This document shows positions 61,861 to 64,000 of a DNA stretch of 64,000 nucleotides, in pieces. Source of the DNA: Felis catus (taxonomy: Eukaryota); NCBI RefSeq assembly GCF_018350175.1, contig NC_058368.1, forward strand, positions 179,368,001 through 179,432,000, written 5' to 3'. The notes beneath the pieces were generated by a model that did no database searches, was not told the origin of the DNA, and saw nothing but the letters and a program-made list of their open reading frames with translations. The position numbers were made by a program, and so were the translations under genes. Each line of letters starts with the position of its first letter. Within the stretch, counting starts at the first letter, position 1.

Positions 61861-62525
61861 TATGGTAGTCACTAGGCCTGCTCGCAAATATTTTCCTTCT
61901 CCTCCTTCCAGGCATGTCAAAGGGCACTTCCCTGCTGCCTTAAAGTTAGAAGTGACTGTAGCTTGGTTTGGTCACTGAAATGCAAGTGGAATTGACATGT
62001 GTCATTTCTAGGTGGAAGTTTATGAGGCGGTGTGAAAATCACTGTTTTTCCCCCTGTCACAGCAACCAGAGACATTCTGGATGGTGAAGGCACTATCTGC
62101 CTAAGTTTCTGAAGGAGGAGATGTGGTGCAAAATTCCCAGCCAACCGTCATTAGATACTTTGCATGAATGAGAAATAAACCTTTGTTTGTTTGTTTTTTT
62201 GTTAATATAATTTATTGACAAATTGGTTCCACACAACACCCAGTGGTCATCCCAACAAGTGCCCTCCTCAATGCCCATCACCCACTTTCCCCTCTCCCTC
62301 ACCCCCATCAACCCTCAGTTTGTTCTCAGTATCCAAGTGAGTATGGTTTGCCTCCCTCCCTCTCTGTAACTTTTTTTTCCTCCATTCCTCTCCCCTATGG
62401 TCTTCTGTTAAGTTTCTCAAGATCCACCTATGAGTGAAAACATATGGTATCTGTCTTTCTCTGACTGACATCACTTAACATAATATGTTCCTAAACCTTT
62501 GTTTTTAAAAGGCACTAAAACTTAG
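61861..62525 (+). mobile_element. MaLR LTR (MLT1I/J-like) split by an L1 fragment
   Basis: gcacttccctgctgccttaaagttag...gtgtcatttctaggtggaagttta...gcatgaatgagaaataaacctttg. Confidence 0.75.
62189..62491 (-). mobile_element. 5'-truncated felid L1 (ORF2 end + 3' UTR)
   Basis: Homologous to 547-830; perfect 13-bp TSD taaacctttgttt (62176-62188, 62492-62504). Confidence 0.96.
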
Positions 62526-63069
62526 GTTTTTTTTTTTTTTTAATGGGGTTTATCATGAGAATTAAGCCTTCATGCCCTAAGGATCTGTTGTATATGATGA
62601 ATTATCTTTTCTCCTATTTATCTAAATGGTACTAGTTATGCATTTTCCCCAAACCTTGTATACGCCTCTATAAATAGAACAATTAAATTCCTTCAGTTAA
62701 TATCTTTAAATGTACATCTTTTTCCTGCCAGGACCTCAGCAGTTCTAACAATTAACATTTACTGTGCTCTCACTATGTACCAGGTGTGGGTTGCTCAATG
62801 CAATGTTTCTATGATTTTATTCCTGTTTTACATAGAGTGAGATTAAAATTTAGGAGCTTAACTAATCTGCTTTTAAAAAGTAACCTTATTACACATTAGT
62901 GGTCAATGGTGAAGCTAGTTTGAAACCATATCTTTGGTTGGTTTAAATCCTATCTGACTCCAGGATTTATAGTTGATTAACTCTGCTTCTCCATTCCCAA
63001 CCATCTCCACTGGACATCAAGAGCAGGAATCATAAGTAGATCTTTTTCAGATAGGACCTAGCCATCAGA

Positions 63070-63345
63070 TAAATTTAGTTTTATTTTTTCTGGGTTTTAA
63101 AAATTGGAAATTCTCATAGAAATCTCTGTTTCTGGCTTCTACTGATAAACCAGGTCTGAAAGCAATGAACCTGAATTGTGTGGAAACAATTGTCTGGATC
63201 CAAATAGCAGCTTCCTCCTTTAGACGGAGTATGAGATCTGCTGTCTCTAGAGTCCCCACCACTCTCTTTAATCTTATAACTAAATCACTGTGTTCATGGC
63301 TGCTACCCATTCAGCCTCTAGAGTCATTGGGTTTGTGAATCCTGA
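63070..63345. mobile_element. MER102-like hAT MITE
   Basis: aaaaattggaaattctcatagaaatc...tctggcttct...cctttagacgg...agtccccaccactc...gtttgtgaatcctg. Confidence 0.65.
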
Positions 63346-63382
63346 CCTTGAATCTCATTATGATATTATGCAAAGAATGCCT

Positions 63383-63500
63383 CACTAGAAAGTAAGCTCC
63401 CGAAGGCAGGAATTGTCTGTTTTCCAACTGTATCTCCAGGACTTGGAATAGTGCCTAGAGGATTCTAGACTTGCAATAAATATTTGTGAATGAATGAATG
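63383..63500 (+). mobile_element. L2 3' terminus
   Basis: cactagaaagtaagctcccgaaggcagg...gtgcctag...caataaatatttgtgaatgaatgaat. Confidence 0.85.
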
Positions 63501-64000
63501 GTGTCTTTGTGTGGACCAGGTGTTTTGAGGGTGGAGCTGCAATCCAGTAGGAGGCCTTCAGTAGCAGCAGTAGTCAAGAAAATTCCTCTGATTAAGAAAT
63601 ATGTGCAGAGCCATCTCATATTAAATCTCTTTTTTTGTCTGACTTCATACCATGGAGGTTCCAGCTCTTCTGCTGGCTGAACTTGAGTTTGGACACAGAT
63701 GCGCTAAATGTTACAGACTCCACTTCCCTTACCTTCCCTTTTCTGCCCACTGGACTATTCTACTCTGTCATTCTGAGGCCCCTGCAAGTATAAAATTGTA
63801 ACATGTCTGAATTACAGGCAATTTTCATTATCTTTCAAGAGCTCTTTTTCCCCATCCTCCTATGTGAGATTCTACCATCCAAGAAAACTGCTTTGCGTTC
63901 AGAACTCAAGATGCATTGGGTGGGTTCTTGCAAAGAAAGGATATTTGAACCTAGATGAAAAGTGTTAAGAATAACTAGGCTTGAAATCACTGGGCTGCTG

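Noticed and set aside
1..64000. A novel multi-gene biological system or horizontally acquired segment
   Set aside because: No operon-like, viral or compositionally foreign segment is visible; long ORFs are explained by L1 and the rest by common mammalian repeats and short unique spacers.

Overview
Mammalian nuclear DNA, very probably felid: it carries about 19 tRNA-derived Can-SINEs, including near-consensus cat-type copies, and cat-type L1 3' UTRs. The window is AT-rich, has no CpG island and is dominated by interspersed repeats: a 4.3 kb 5'-truncated young L1 inside an older L1, a near-full-length old L1 inside an L2, an L1 with a twin-priming 5' inversion, MaLR/ERVL/ERV1 solo LTRs, hAT and Tigger MITEs, and MIR/L2 relics. 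No intact protein-coding gene is recognisable; nearly all ORFs in the track are L1 fragments, SINE read-throughs or microsatellites. Three short unique islands (7108-7120, 11725-11797, 15492-15531) have splice-like boundaries and join in frame on the + strand, so they may be the last exons of an unidentified gene (low confidence). I found no support for a new biological system. The best signals are records of mutational mechanisms (two SINEs at one target site, a locally templated L1 copy, template-switch scars, nested insertions) and one perfect nuclear-receptor DR0 motif. Repeat family names come from recall of consensus sequences, not from a database search; boundaries without a target-site duplication (TSD) are approximate.
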